Source: an uncultured delta proteobacterium | Lineage (GTDB): Bacteria > Desulfobacterota > WTBG01 > CAIYCZ01 > CAIRTM01 | Assembly: GCA_903911225.1 (NCBI GenBank) | Contig: CAIWCT010000037.1 | Coordinates: 2,450 to 66,449 of the forward strand | Direction: 5' to 3' | Length of the DNA stretch: 64,000 bases | Shown: positions 9,245 to 19,783 of the stretch, piece by piece | Layout: every line of letters starts with the position of its first letter | Numbering within the stretch: the stretch's first letter is position 1 | The notes under the pieces: model-generated | Database searches by the model: none | Seen by the model: only the letters and a program-made list of their open reading frames with translations | What the model was told of the DNA's origin: nothing | Program-made: the position numbers and the translations under genes

Positions 9245-10026
9245 ACAGGCGGCAAAATGGTTTCCTCGAAGGTGAATGGGCCTGGATTTCGGGCGCTTCT
9301 TCCGGGATCGGCGAGGCTATTGCCCTGCATCTTGCAGGCCTGGGCGTGGGGGTGGTTATTTCGGCGCGCAGCCAGGATAAACTGAACGCAGTGGCCGAAG
9401 CCATCCAGGCCAGGGGCGGTAAGGCGATCCCCCTGCCATTGGATATTACGGACTTTGCTGCCGTAAAGCAGGCAGAGCAAAAAATCAAGGCGGATGTTGG
9501 CAGACTCGACGTGCTTATCCCCTGTGCAGGCAGGGAATTGATGCTGCCATTCAATATTTCCTCACCCGAAAAGTGGCTAAAATTATGGGAAGTCCAGGTT
9601 TTGGGGGCTTTCGAAATGGTCAGGACGGCTTTGCCGATGCTGACAGACAGTGGTGCGCGCAATGGCGGCCAGGGTCGTGTCGTTTTTATTTCTTCGACTG
9701 TGGCTTTGCGCGGCTGGCCTTCCCTGTCGGTATACTCCGCCTGCAAGGCCGGGATTCTGGGCGGCATGCGCAGCCTAGCCGCTGAGCTGGCGCCCAAGGG
9801 CATCCGGGTCAACGCGGTGACTCCGGGCATGGTTCATACGGACATGCAGAAACGCATGTTTGCGCGTATGCCCAAAGATAATCAGGATGCCATTGAAAGT
9901 GCTCATCTGCTGGGGATGGGCGAACCGGCAGACGTTGCGGCAGCTGTTGCCTTTCTGGCTTCATATGAGTCCAAGTGGATTACCGGCGAGAGTTTAGTCG
10001 TCGATGGCGGCCTGACCTTAAAATAA
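9238..10026 (+). CDS. Short-chain dehydrogenase/reductase (FabG-like ketoreductase)
   Basis: Rossmann motif ISGASSGIGEAIA. Catalytic YSACKAG (YxxxK). PGMVHTDM. The ATG at 9238 overlaps the KASIII stop (ATGGTAA). The longer ORF-track start at 9061 lies inside the KASIII gene. Confidence 0.85.
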   Translation: MVNRRQNGFLEGEWAWISGASSGIGEAIALHLAGLGVGVVISARSQDKLNAVAEAIQARGGKAIPLPLDITDFAAVKQAEQKIKADVGRLDVLIPCAGRELMLPFNISSPEKWLKLWEVQVLGAFEMVRTALPMLTDSGARNGGQGRVVFISSTVALRGWPSLSVYSACKAGILGGMRSLAAELAPKGIRVNAVTPGMVHTDMQKRMFARMPKDNQDAIESAHLLGMGEPADVAAAVAFLASYESKWITGESLVVDGGLTLK

Positions 10027-10063
10027 AACTCTGCACCGTTCGCAATGGAAAGAAGGTTCTTAT

Positions 10064-10477
10064 ATGCTGCGTTTCAACGCAGAATGCAAACTTATTGATT
10101 TTCCCAAAATAGAAGACCCGAGGGGAAATCTAACTTTTGTAGAGCAATTAAATCATATTCCTTTTAAGATTGCCAGATCATACTGGATTTACGACGTGCC
10201 AGGTGGGGGGGTAAGAGGTGGTCACGCCTATAAAAAACTGGAAGAAGTTATTATCGCCCTTTCCGGCAGTTTTGATGTTGCCGTAGATGACGGGTTGGGG
10301 GCAGAGCAGGTTTACCACCTTAATCGTTCCTATAAGGGTCTCTATATCCCCAACATGACCTGGAGACAGTTGCGCCATTTTTCGACCAATGCCGTGGCAT
10401 TTATTCTGGCGTCCCTTCCGTATTCTGCTGAAGACTATATTTACGATTATAAAGAGTTCATGAAGGTGATCGCGTGA
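10064..10477 (+). CDS. FdtA/WxcM-like cupin (dTDP-4-keto-6-deoxyhexose 3,4-ketoisomerase family), copy 1
   Basis: FPKIEDPRGNLTFVE...IPFKIARSYWIYDVPGGGVRGGHAYKKLEEVIIALSGSFDV is typical of the FdtA/QdtA/WxcM C-terminal domain. About 137 aa. Confidence 0.8.
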   Translation: MLRFNAECKLIDFPKIEDPRGNLTFVEQLNHIPFKIARSYWIYDVPGGGVRGGHAYKKLEEVIIALSGSFDVAVDDGLGAEQVYHLNRSYKGLYIPNMTWRQLRHFSTNAVAFILASLPYSAEDYIYDYKEFMKVIA

Positions 10478-10899
10478 ACCTGCAGACCAGCTGCGAAGAT
10501 TGCCGTATCATCGCTTTGCCCTCTATCGAGAGTGAGCGCAAAGGGCGTCTTACCCCGATCTATAATTTTGAGCATATCCCTTTTGATATTAAGAGAGTCT
10601 ATTACCTCTACGACGTTCCTGCTGGGTCTGAGCGCGGAGGGCATGCGCATCGCGAACTGCAGCAATTGATCATATCCGTATCTGGCAGCTTTGATGTCGT
10701 AGTGAAGGATGGCGAACAGGAGAAAATATTTACGCTTAACAGGCCCTTTTACGGGCTATATATGCCCCGGCAGATCTGGAGGGAACTGACAAATTTTTCA
10801 GCAGGTTCAATATGTCTTGTTCTTGCTTCTTCGCTTTATGACGAGCATGATTATATTCGCGACTATGAACAGTTCCAAGCCTTCAAGGGTTTTCTGTGA
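10474..10899 (+). CDS. FdtA/WxcM-like cupin, copy 2 (tandem paralogue)
   Basis: [65 protein letters not shown] overlap with copy 1 and with the downstream aminotransferase. Confidence 0.8.
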   Translation: MNLQTSCEDCRIIALPSIESERKGRLTPIYNFEHIPFDIKRVYYLYDVPAGSERGGHAHRELQQLIISVSGSFDVVVKDGEQEKIFTLNRPFYGLYMPRQIWRELTNFSAGSICLVLASSLYDEHDYIRDYEQFQAFKGFL

Positions 10900-12011
10900 A
10901 TATTCCTTTTCTCGACCTTAAAGCGACCTATCTTGAACTCAAAGCCGAAATGGATGCTGCCTACCAGCGGGTGATGAACTCCGGCTGGTATCTACTCGGG
11001 CGGGAGCTTGAAGCCTTTGAAGCGGAGTTTGCCGAGTATTGCGGCGTGAAACATTGTATTGGTGTAGCAAATGGTCTTGATGCACTGCACCTGATCCTGC
11101 GGGCTTTTGATATTGGCCCGGGGGATGAAGTGATCGTTCCCGCAAATACGTATATCGCCACTTGGCTGGCAGTATCACAGTGCGGCGCATTACCTGTTCC
11201 GGTTGAGCCGGATCAGCGAACCTATAACATTGACCCCGCACTCATTGAAAAAGTGATCACGCCCCGCACCAAAGCAATCATGCCGGTGCATCTGTATGGT
11301 CAGCCGGCTGACATGGACCCGATTCTGGAGATTGCGGCTCGACATGGGTTAAAAGTTATTGAAGACAATGCTCAGGCACACGGCGCCCGCTATAAAGGCC
11401 GCCGTACCGGTGGACTTGGCCATGCCGCGGGCAACAGTTTTTATCCGGGGAAAAACCTGGGCGCTTTTGGCGATGGGGGTGCTGTTACCACCAATGATGA
11501 TACTCTTGCTGATCGTATCCGCCTGCTGCGCAATTATGGTTCTAAAATTAAATACTATAATGATGAAAAGGGCTTTAATTCACGACTTGACGAACTGCAG
11601 GCTGCTTTTCTTCGGGTCAAGCTCACCAAGCTGGATGAATGGAATGAACGTCGCAGAAGAATAGCTGCATTTTATATTCAAAAGCTTGGGGTGGGCAGCA
11701 CAGAGCGATCAGAACTCGTTCTGCCTTTGGTTGCTTCCTGGACAGAGCCGGTCTGGCATTTGTTTGTTATTCGTCATCCCCAACGGGATGAGCTTCAAAA
11801 TAAATTAATGGCAGCCGGTATCGGAACGTTGATTCATTATCCGTTTCCGCCGCATCTTACTAGCGCCTATCGGGAAATGGGGTCCCACGCAGGAGCGTTT
11901 CCCGTAGCTGAAGAATTGGCGCGAACGGTGTTAAGCCTGCCGATCGGCCCCCAGATGAGCCATGAGCAAGCGCATCATGTGATCCAGTCAATGAAAGCGG
12001 TTGCTCGTTGA
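10896..12011 (+). CDS. DegT/DnrJ/EryC1 PLP aminotransferase, FdtB/QdtB-like (3-amino-3,6-dideoxyhexose formation)
   Basis: [10 protein letters not shown]...[83 protein letters not shown]. Confidence 0.85.
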   Translation: MNIPFLDLKATYLELKAEMDAAYQRVMNSGWYLLGRELEAFEAEFAEYCGVKHCIGVANGLDALHLILRAFDIGPGDEVIVPANTYIATWLAVSQCGALPVPVEPDQRTYNIDPALIEKVITPRTKAIMPVHLYGQPADMDPILEIAARHGLKVIEDNAQAHGARYKGRRTGGLGHAAGNSFYPGKNLGAFGDGGAVTTNDDTLADRIRLLRNYGSKIKYYNDEKGFNSRLDELQAAFLRVKLTKLDEWNERRRRIAAFYIQKLGVGSTERSELVLPLVASWTEPVWHLFVIRHPQRDELQNKLMAAGIGTLIHYPFPPHLTSAYREMGSHAGAFPVAEELARTVLSLPIGPQMSHEQAHHVIQSMKAVAR

Positions 12012-12054
12012 TGTACCTTGTCAGTGATCACATCAATCCAACTGATTCATTATT

Positions 12055-13536
12055 GTGACCAAAACGCATTATCGCAGCATATTAAAGTCCACCTCATTGA
12101 TTGGGGGGGCCTCGGTCATCAACATTCTGATCGGTATGGTGCGGACTAAGTTTGTTGCTGTGTTACTGGGGCCGTCAGGTGTCGGGCTGATGGGTGTCTA
12201 TGGAACGATCACGGGCATGGTCGGCACGGTGGCAGGCATGGGCATCAGTACCAGCGGGGTGCGGCAAATCGCGTATGCGTATGCCAATGGGGACGAAAAG
12301 GTCGTAGCCGGTACCGTGAAGACTTTGCGACGGACTGTTTGGCTGACAGGCCTGCTCGGGTGTTTCGGAATGGTTGCGGCTGCCTGGCCGCTTTCAAAAG
12401 TGACTTTCGGATCAGGGGAAGAGACGTTCAACCTTGCCTTGTTAGGGAGCACGATTCTGTTTGGATCCCTCGCTGCCGGGCAGGGGTGTTTGCTTCAAGG
12501 GACCCGGCGAATTAAGGAACTGGCCTGGGTTAGCATTTTGGGTGCCCTCAACGGCACACTCATCAGTATTCCGTGTTACTACTTTTGGGGATGCCGGGGG
12601 ATTGTGCCCAGTCTGATTCTCAGTGCGCTGGCGGGGGTTGCGACATCCTGGTGGTTCGCCCGCTGCATTCCGGTGGCGTCGTTTGCGATGCCTTGGCGTG
12701 ACAGCAGAAATGAGGCTGGCCGACTGTTGAGCTTTGGTTTCCCGATCATGTTGACAGGGTTGTTTAGTGCTGTAAGCACCTACCTTATCCGTGTCGTGCT
12801 GATTCGGCAGGTGGGGCTTGACGGTGTTGGTGTTTATCAGGCGGCCTTTGGTTTGTCCGGAATTCTCGCTAATTTCGTTTTGAACGCGATGGGAACGGAT
12901 TACTACCCACGCCTGACAGCAGTGGCGCACGATTCTGTGCGCGCTAGAGAGGAAATCAACTCGCAAACCGAAATTGCGCTTCTTTTGGCCACACCTGCAC
13001 TGGCGGTGACGCTGGTTTGCGCGCCTCTGGTGATAAGGGTATTCTATTCAGGGCAATTTGACGGGGCAATTGAAATTTTGCGCTGGGCCGTGTTCGGAAT
13101 ATTTGGGCGTGTTGTATCTTGGCCATTGGGTTTTTTGATCTTGGCCAAAGGAAAGGCGGCTTTGTTTCTTGTATCGGAAATATTGGCAGGCCTGATTCAT
13201 TTGGCGCTCATATGGGCGTGTACACGGCTCTGGGGGTTGCAGGGAACAGGGGTCGCCTTTTTACTGCTTTATTGTTTTTACACTGTGTTGATATATGGTT
13301 TCTGTACTTATCTCAATCGCAATCTTTGGAATCGGGCAACACTGTTTCATGTGCTGGGATTAGGTGGAATACTGGTGCTGATTGGTATGGCGTGCATGCT
13401 GGTCACGCATGATATTTTGCGATGGACGCTGAGCATTTGTGCCTGCGGAGCCTTAAGTGTGTACTGTTTGGTTCGACTTTCAGCTCGAACCGGAATCACG
13501 CTTCAGACACTCAGAACAAAATTGTTGGGAGCATAA
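12055..13536 (+). CDS. wzx: Polysaccharide flippase (Wzx / MOP superfamily)
   Basis: About 12-14 predicted TM helices. N-terminus ILKSTSLIGGASVINILIGMVRTKFVAVLLGPSGVGLMG is typical of O-antigen translocases. GTG start. Confidence 0.75.
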   Translation: MTKTHYRSILKSTSLIGGASVINILIGMVRTKFVAVLLGPSGVGLMGVYGTITGMVGTVAGMGISTSGVRQIAYAYANGDEKVVAGTVKTLRRTVWLTGLLGCFGMVAAAWPLSKVTFGSGEETFNLALLGSTILFGSLAAGQGCLLQGTRRIKELAWVSILGALNGTLISIPCYYFWGCRGIVPSLILSALAGVATSWWFARCIPVASFAMPWRDSRNEAGRLLSFGFPIMLTGLFSAVSTYLIRVVLIRQVGLDGVGVYQAAFGLSGILANFVLNAMGTDYYPRLTAVAHDSVRAREEINSQTEIALLLATPALAVTLVCAPLVIRVFYSGQFDGAIEILRWAVFGIFGRVVSWPLGFLILAKGKAALFLVSEILAGLIHLALIWACTRLWGLQGTGVAFLLLYCFYTVLIYGFCTYLNRNLWNRATLFHVLGLGGILVLIGMACMLVTHDILRWTLSICACGALSVYCLVRLSARTGITLQTLRTKLLGA

Positions 13537-14640
13537 TTGAGCACTGAACAGACATCCGAGATTCAATCTGTGGTTGTTCAGCCTGGAGGCCTGCACCCTA
13601 CGGAGGATCGTCCGTTGATTTCTTTCTGTCTGGTTGCCTATAACCAAGAGCAGTTCATTCGTGAGGCTGTAGAGGGGGCCTTCTCGCAGACCTACTCCCC
13701 CCTGGAGATCATCCTTTCAGATGATTATTCTTCTGACCGCACCTTTGAAATTATGTGGGAAATGGCCGCCGCCTATAGCGGACCTCATAAAATCATTACC
13801 AATAAAAACGAGAAGAATCTGGGGATTGGTGGCCATATTAATCGAGTGGTGCAAATTTCCAGCGGCGAGTTGATCGTCGGCGCGGGCGGTGATGATATTT
13901 CCCTTCCCGAGCGTACAAGCGAGATTTATCAAGCATGGATTGGATCAGGCAAAAAAGCCTTTTCTATCGATTCAGCTTATATGTTGATCAATGAATGTGG
14001 CAATAATCTTGACTTTCTCCCGATAAAAGATTTGCCAAAAGAACAGCAGTTGCTTCATTTTTCAAAAACGCTCGTAAACTATGTCCATGGATGTACCCAT
14101 GCATGGCATAAAAAGGTATTTGATGTGTTCGGCCTATTGCCCGACATTGCCATGGAAGACCTTGTGATTCCACCACGATCCATGCTGTTGGGAAGTGTGG
14201 TGCGCATCAACAAGCCGCTGGTTAAATACAGAACCCATGACAGTAACATTTTCAAGACATCCAAGAAGTTTACAATAAAAGAGGGCCTTGATAGGGAAAT
14301 ATTTGCTTTGAAGGATAGGATAAATGGGGCCATTGATGTTGTCAGGTGCATTAGCGAATACAAGCGCACTGAAACAGACCCTTCGCGCCTTTGCTATTTT
14401 GATACCTGTATTTTAAATATGCAGGTCAGTATCGGGAAATTTGCACTGCGATTGCATATCCTTACTGATTCTCCGGTGATAAGATTGTATGCTCTTGCAA
14501 AATATATTTTTTTATATGGGTTCCAGCGGTATGATGTATTTTTAGTCGTATGCGCTGTGTCAAAAAAGGCATTTATGCTAATTAGTTACAGCAGAAGATT
14601 GTTAAGGGCTTGCCATATACTCCCATGTAAAGGTTCGTAA
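13537..14640 (+). CDS. Glycosyltransferase family 2
   Basis: ISFCLVAYNQEQFIREAVEGAFSQTYSPLEIILSDDYSSDRT (GT-A N-terminal signature with DD motif). GGDDIS. TTG start as listed, so the start is uncertain. Confidence 0.75.
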   Translation: MSTEQTSEIQSVVVQPGGLHPTEDRPLISFCLVAYNQEQFIREAVEGAFSQTYSPLEIILSDDYSSDRTFEIMWEMAAAYSGPHKIITNKNEKNLGIGGHINRVVQISSGELIVGAGGDDISLPERTSEIYQAWIGSGKKAFSIDSAYMLINECGNNLDFLPIKDLPKEQQLLHFSKTLVNYVHGCTHAWHKKVFDVFGLLPDIAMEDLVIPPRSMLLGSVVRINKPLVKYRTHDSNIFKTSKKFTIKEGLDREIFALKDRINGAIDVVRCISEYKRTETDPSRLCYFDTCILNMQVSIGKFALRLHILTDSPVIRLYALAKYIFLYGFQRYDVFLVVCAVSKKAFMLISYSRRLLRACHILPCKGS

Positions 14641-14684
14641 TATTTTCCGTGCCGGAAAGGTGCGATTTGCAACTTGAATTGACC

Positions 14685-15614
14685 ATGAAAATTTCTATCG
14701 TGATACCTTTGTATAACAAAGCTCGGTATATCAAGCGGGCGATCGACTCCGTCTTGGCGCAGACCTATTCAGAGTTCGAGCTGATTGTGATTGATGATGG
14801 CTCGTCCGACGGCAGTGGGGGTATTGTTCGACAGTACGCGGATCAACGTGTGCGGCTGGTTGTACAGCCGAATAGCGGCGAATGTGCCGCGCGCAATCGC
14901 GGCATTGCCGAGTCGCGGGGGAATTGGGTTGCCTTCCTCGACGCGGATGACGAATGGATGCCGAGGTTTCTGGAATGTGCTACTGGTTTTGCAGCAACTA
15001 ATCCTTCCCTAATCCTGGTATTTGTAAATATTTTAAGTTTTGCAGAAAAGAGTCCGTGGCTCGATTGCTCCTTATCGGAGCCGCGTGTGCTTGAAAATTA
15101 CTTTGCTTTTTCAATCCAATATGGCTGCCGTGGGATAACGTCTTCTTCCGTAATAATTCAAAAGCAAATTTTGGAAATCATTGGCGGTTTTCCTATTGGC
15201 ATCCATCGAGGAGGAGATGTCGACACGTGGACTCGTCTAGCGCTAATGGGTGAAGTAGGATTTGTACCGGAAGTACTGGCTGTTTATCACAATGAGGTGG
15301 GTGGTAGCGGCGCATTGTTTCCGAAGCCACCTTTTCCTGAGGGTGTTAAAACATTGCGGCGATTGCGCGAGGAGAACAGCATTTCCTGTCAGTTCGCCAA
15401 GAGCAGCTTGGTTTTCGAAAACCTGCTTCTCCTGCAGTATGCTAAAGAATTGACCGACGATGGCGATTGGGCCAACGCGATGCGAGTTCTCTATAACGAG
15501 TGCCAGATCAGGCATTGCCCAATGAAATATTTTTTCAAGATACAGTGCCGACTGATCTTGAGATGGCTTCTGCTAAAAGGGCGGAGGTCCCATTCGGCCG
15601 ATAGCGAGAGGTAA
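14685..15614 (+). CDS. Glycosyltransferase family 2
   Basis: MKISIVIPLYNKARYIKRAIDSVLAQTYSEFELIVIDDGSSDGS. FLDADDEW (DxD). The ATG at 14685 is preferred over the listed upstream start. Confidence 0.85.
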   Translation: MKISIVIPLYNKARYIKRAIDSVLAQTYSEFELIVIDDGSSDGSGGIVRQYADQRVRLVVQPNSGECAARNRGIAESRGNWVAFLDADDEWMPRFLECATGFAATNPSLILVFVNILSFAEKSPWLDCSLSEPRVLENYFAFSIQYGCRGITSSSVIIQKQILEIIGGFPIGIHRGGDVDTWTRLALMGEVGFVPEVLAVYHNEVGGSGALFPKPPFPEGVKTLRRLREENSISCQFAKSSLVFENLLLLQYAKELTDDGDWANAMRVLYNECQIRHCPMKYFFKIQCRLILRWLLLKGRRSHSADSER

Positions 15615-15871
15615 TGTTACGCGGTTTGCTGAGTATCGTGGGGGGTAGGGGCAAATGTGACGGCGACAAAAAAAGCCGCCGGGAAGCCCAGTGAAGAAGC
15701 AATGTCTGAACGCAACGTATCATAAGGACTTCGCGAAGATGAAAACCGCCATTCTCAAGCACATGGCCTACCACGAGCACAGTATTGCCTCGCCTCGTTG
15801 CTCACTTGGAATTTTCAACTGTTTTAAAAACACGCAAGAAATAAACTAAACCGCTGGGAGTATAATTACTT

Positions 15872-16747
15872 ATGGATGAACGGGCTGTTAATTGTGTGAA
15901 GATGAGAGATTGTCCGGGTTGTGGTTGCGCCAAAGTGGTCATGGAGGGTTCTCTTATGGGTTATCCGTTGCAGCGTTGCACAGGCTGCCGATTGCTCGCT
16001 GTAAGCAACCCGCCGGATGACGCATCGCTTCAGGATATCTACAACAAAGTCTACGTGAGCGGAGGCCTCTATCAGCCGCACCTCAAGCAACTCGAAGAGA
16101 TTCGTACACTTGGAGCAAGCAGGCAGGGTTTTTACCGGAACCATATGTTCCTTAAACGTTTTAAACCTGCAAACGGCGACCGCCTTCTGGAGGTGGGTTG
16201 TGGAGTCGGTGCGTTCCTCGTAGCCGCAAGAAATGCAGGCTGGATGGCCGAGGGAGTTGACCTTTCAGAGGAGGCGTTGCAAGCCTCAGCCTCGGTTCAC
16301 GGGATTCCCGTTCACCACGGCACCCTCGAGACCGTGAGCCTGACGAACGCTCCGTATGCTGCTCTAGTCTGCTGGGAGGTCATGGAGCACCTCGTTCAAC
16401 CCAGCCGGTTTCTGGCTAGAGCCCGAGAACTTCTTTCTCCTGGGGGCCTTTTTGTCTGCTCCGTCCCTAACGAGGGCTCAAAGGTGCCTCGCTACGTGAA
16501 GCAACTCGGAGCAGCAAGCGTACCCCCCATTCACCTGAATTTTTTTGACCGCCAGTCCCTGACTAGGCTTTTCGAGCAGAATGGCTTCATTCCTGTGTCC
16601 GTAGTTTCCCAAAAAATCCTATGGAGCATGGCAGGTCGATCGGAACATATGGTGCGATGGTTCTTCGATCAATGCTTGGCCCTGGTTGGTATTACAGAAG
16701 GGCCGCATCTATTCGCTGTAGCTCGCAGTAAAAGCGGTGCTGTATGA
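15872..16747 (+). CDS. Class I SAM-dependent methyltransferase with an N-terminal Cys4 zinc-ribbon
   Basis: CPGCGC...CTGC at the N-terminus. SAM motif I LLEVGCGVGAFL. EVMEHL. Confidence 0.75.
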   Translation: MDERAVNCVKMRDCPGCGCAKVVMEGSLMGYPLQRCTGCRLLAVSNPPDDASLQDIYNKVYVSGGLYQPHLKQLEEIRTLGASRQGFYRNHMFLKRFKPANGDRLLEVGCGVGAFLVAARNAGWMAEGVDLSEEALQASASVHGIPVHHGTLETVSLTNAPYAALVCWEVMEHLVQPSRFLARARELLSPGGLFVCSVPNEGSKVPRYVKQLGAASVPPIHLNFFDRQSLTRLFEQNGFIPVSVVSQKILWSMAGRSEHMVRWFFDQCLALVGITEGPHLFAVARSKSGAV

Positions 16748-17187
16748 TGGACTCTTATATGCAATTGCAATGCGCAAACCCGTGAATCCATCTATCTTCC
16801 ACGATGCAACCTTTGCATCTCCCAAGTGGGTGGGCAATTTTGTCGCATCAGTTGCGCGTACTGGATCTGAACTGCAAGAAAGAAGGAGCGTTTGCAATCC
16901 GTGGTTTCGCAGATTGAGGGCGTCGCAGGCCGGAAAATGTCCTATTCTTTGAATAGGTGTTCACCCCCTTCGAATACTCCGAGGGCCTCAAGACAGCGGG
17001 CTTTGAAGTGCTCGACGTGGTTCCGTTGGTTCCAAACAATCTCAAAGCAATTGGGCTGCTGTAGACGAACCTTGTCATGACCATCCATAAGCTGTGGCTC
17101 TGGTTTTTTGCCCACATGATGGGAGCAATTTGTTGCAAGCCGCACGTCGCTTCAACACTAACTAACCGTTAGAGAAAGGATGCATTC

Positions 17188-18363
17188 ATGATGTCTACGA
17201 TCCTCCACGTCGCCGATTACTTTCCTGAGTACGGCGGGAATTTTATCGCTTCATTGTCGCAACTCCGCGAGACTTGCCGAAAACAAGGTTGGGATATGGT
17301 GGTAGTATTCCCCGAAGCCGCGCGTCACACGTCGTGGTGCAATAGACTGGTAGAGAAAAATTGGCGGATTCATTTTCTGCCCCGCGATGTGTCGAGGGCA
17401 CGATGTGCATGGATTCTAGCCAAGCTCATTTCCAGGGAACGCGCCGCATTGATTCACACACACTTCGTTCAATACGACTTGGTTGCCTGGTTGGCCGCGA
17501 GGCTGGCGGGAAGAGGCGGAAAAAGGGTCCGGGTCGTCTGGCACATCCATTCGGAATTGAACGTACCACTGACTCCAATCCGCAGGATTACCAATTTCAT
17601 CAAATATCGATTGATGGGTCGATCTGCGTGGATGATTCCTGTGGGGTACTCAGTAGCCAAGGGGGCACTTGCCGCCGGTTGCCCGGAATCACGCATCCGT
17701 ACCGTAGAGAATGGAGTTGATCTGGCGCACGCTACGGCCGCAACGAAAGAAAGGTTGCAAGTGCTTGCGGACTTGGGAATCGAGGAGAGCGACCGCCTGA
17801 TTCTTATGTTCGGGTGGGATGCCGTCAGGAAAGGCGTTGATATTGCTTTTGATGCTGTGGCCAAGTTGGTCGAGCAGAAACGTCAAGTGGTATTGGGAAT
17901 TGTTGGGGGTCAGGGATTGCAGAAGTATGTTTACGAGAGAGCTGGCAGCCAACTGCCTTCATGGCTTCGCGTCCTTACGCCCGTGGAGAATGTGGGAGAC
18001 CTTTACCGGGAAGCAGCCGTTTTTTTGTCCGCCAGTCGAAGCGAAGGGCTGCCGTACTCAGTCTGCGAGGCAATGGCGGCTTGCCTACCCATAATCTTGA
18101 GTGATATACCAAGCCTGTTGTGGGCACATCGGAGCACGGGTGCCGTGTTCTTCCCATCCGGCGACAGCGTGGCACTGGCTGCAGCCTTATGTCGAGTCTT
18201 AGATTGGAACGCCGAGGAGCGAGAGCAACACACCGCCGCCAACGAACAATTTATTAAGACGGAATTTTCTGTTTCATTGTGGGCCGATCGGATTCTGCTG
18301 CTGTACAGGGAGATACTCGGGCAGAATAAAAATAGCAGCCCGGCCAGCTCTCTCGGCCATTAA
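17188..18363 (+). CDS. Glycosyltransferase family 4 (GT-B)
   Basis: C-terminal EX7E-type region LSASRSEGLPYSVCEAMAACLPIILSD. N-terminal GG-containing loop EYGGNF. Confidence 0.8.
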   Translation: MMSTILHVADYFPEYGGNFIASLSQLRETCRKQGWDMVVVFPEAARHTSWCNRLVEKNWRIHFLPRDVSRARCAWILAKLISRERAALIHTHFVQYDLVAWLAARLAGRGGKRVRVVWHIHSELNVPLTPIRRITNFIKYRLMGRSAWMIPVGYSVAKGALAAGCPESRIRTVENGVDLAHATAATKERLQVLADLGIEESDRLILMFGWDAVRKGVDIAFDAVAKLVEQKRQVVLGIVGGQGLQKYVYERAGSQLPSWLRVLTPVENVGDLYREAAVFLSASRSEGLPYSVCEAMAACLPIILSDIPSLLWAHRSTGAVFFPSGDSVALAAALCRVLDWNAEEREQHTAANEQFIKTEFSVSLWADRILLLYREILGQNKNSSPASSLGH

Positions 18364-18406
18364 ATTTATTATTTTATTCTTTTCGCACAGGTTCTAAGAG
18401 TTTGAG

Positions 18407-19783
18407 ATGTTGATTTCCGATGTTTTTTTAGCCACATGCGGGTCCTCTTATGATAACGATGCTCTCGGTGGAGAGGGCAACGTAGCCCAGACCATGCGGG
18501 GGATATGGAGGGAAAGCGGCGTCGATCCCGAAAATCCGCTGGCACAATATCTGTCACCTGGTGGGTGCGCAGTGCTCAAGCCCAATTGGGTGATGGACAC
18601 CAACTTAACAGGTCAGGGGCTCGATTGCCTTGTCACTCATGCTACATTTATTGCTATGGCCATTCAGTGGTGTGTTCTTGCCCTGAAGGGCAACGGACGT
18701 ATTATTGTGGGCGATGCCCCCATTCAAGGTTGCGACCTGCCAAAGCTCATGGAGGCGGCGGGCTACAGTGCCTTAAAATTACTCTACGCTCAGGCGGATG
18801 TACCAGTCGAATGGCGCGATTTTCGCCGCACGGTGCTTGCCAACCCAGAGGGTGTATGGGATCGGCAGACAGGCGTTCGACCGATGGAGGATTATGTCCT
18901 GTTTGATCTTGGAACCGAGAGCCTTTTGGAACCGATCGTGCAAGATGCAGATCGTTTCCGCGTCACCATGTATAATCCGGACCTGATGCGCCAGACGCAC
19001 GCGCCCGGCAGGCATCAATACCTGATCTCCCGTGAAGTCATTGAAGCCGATGTGGTCATCAACCTGCCCAAGCTGAAGACGCACAAGAAGGCGTGCGTCA
19101 CCGGGGCCTTGAAGAACCTCGTAGGCATCAATGGCAACAAGGACTACCTGCCCCACCACCGACTGGGGGGGAGCCGGACGGGTGGCGACTGTTATGCCGG
19201 AGGAAATCCCTTCAAACTGGCCTCCGAACACCTCAGCGACGCGGCCAACCGCAGGGAAGGGCTGGCGGCGTATCTGCTGCGGCAGACCGTGCGTGGCACC
19301 TATAGCCTGGCCCGGCTCACCGGTGCAGATAATAACCTGGAGGGAAGCTGGTATGGCAACGATACCATCTGGCGCACTGTGCTCGATCTTAACCGAATAA
19401 TTCTTTATGGCCGCCCGGATGGCACTATGGCTGATCTGCCGCAGCGCAAAGTGCTGACACTTACCGATGCCGTTGTTTGCGGGGAAGGTGATGGTCCACT
19501 GGCACCAATGCCGCACCCTTTAGGCATGCTTACCTTAGCTGCCAATCCCGTTGCAGCGGAGTATGTACACGCACATCTGATGGGCTTCGATTGGCGGAAG
19601 ATCCCTCTGATCCGCGAGGCCTTCGGCTGTTTCAAATATCCTCTTTGCAATTTTCGGCCCGAAGACATTGAAGTTCAATTTAAGGGTCAGCGATGTTGTC
19701 AGCCTTGGCCATCATGGAATCAGAGGCCGTTCGTGCCGCCGACCGGCTGGAAAGGCCACTGTGAGCGGCAGGAAGGGCTGTAG
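18407..19783 (+). CDS. DUF362 domain protein (function unknown)
   Basis: VLKPNWV near the N-terminus and NLPKLKTHKKACVTGALKNLVGINGNK. These match my recollection of the DUF362 signature (LKPN ... KTH ... KN..G). No Fe-S cluster Cys motif is obvious. Confidence 0.55.
   Translation: MLISDVFLATCGSSYDNDALGGEGNVAQTMRGIWRESGVDPENPLAQYLSPGGCAVLKPNWVMDTNLTGQGLDCLVTHATFIAMAIQWCVLALKGNGRIIVGDAPIQGCDLPKLMEAAGYSALKLLYAQADVPVEWRDFRRTVLANPEGVWDRQTGVRPMEDYVLFDLGTESLLEPIVQDADRFRVTMYNPDLMRQTHAPGRHQYLISREVIEADVVINLPKLKTHKKACVTGALKNLVGINGNKDYLPHHRLGGSRTGGDCYAGGNPFKLASEHLSDAANRREGLAAYLLRQTVRGTYSLARLTGADNNLEGSWYGNDTIWRTVLDLNRIILYGRPDGTMADLPQRKVLTLTDAVVCGEGDGPLAPMPHPLGMLTLAANPVAAEYVHAHLMGFDWRKIPLIREAFGCFKYPLCNFRPEDIEVQFKGQRCCQPWPSWNQRPFVPPTGWKGHCERQEGL

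Noticed and set aside
16942-17145. 67-aa minus-strand ORF in the 440-bp gap between the methyltransferase and GT4 genes. A hairpin (CCTATTC/GAATAGG, 16941-16958) follows its stop.
   Set aside because: I considered a transposase/integrase-core remnant, because NQRNHVEHF loosely resembles the PQTNGKVERF region. The match is too weak to support by eye. It has a GTG start and no clear RBS. I leave it unannotated; a profile search could revisit it.
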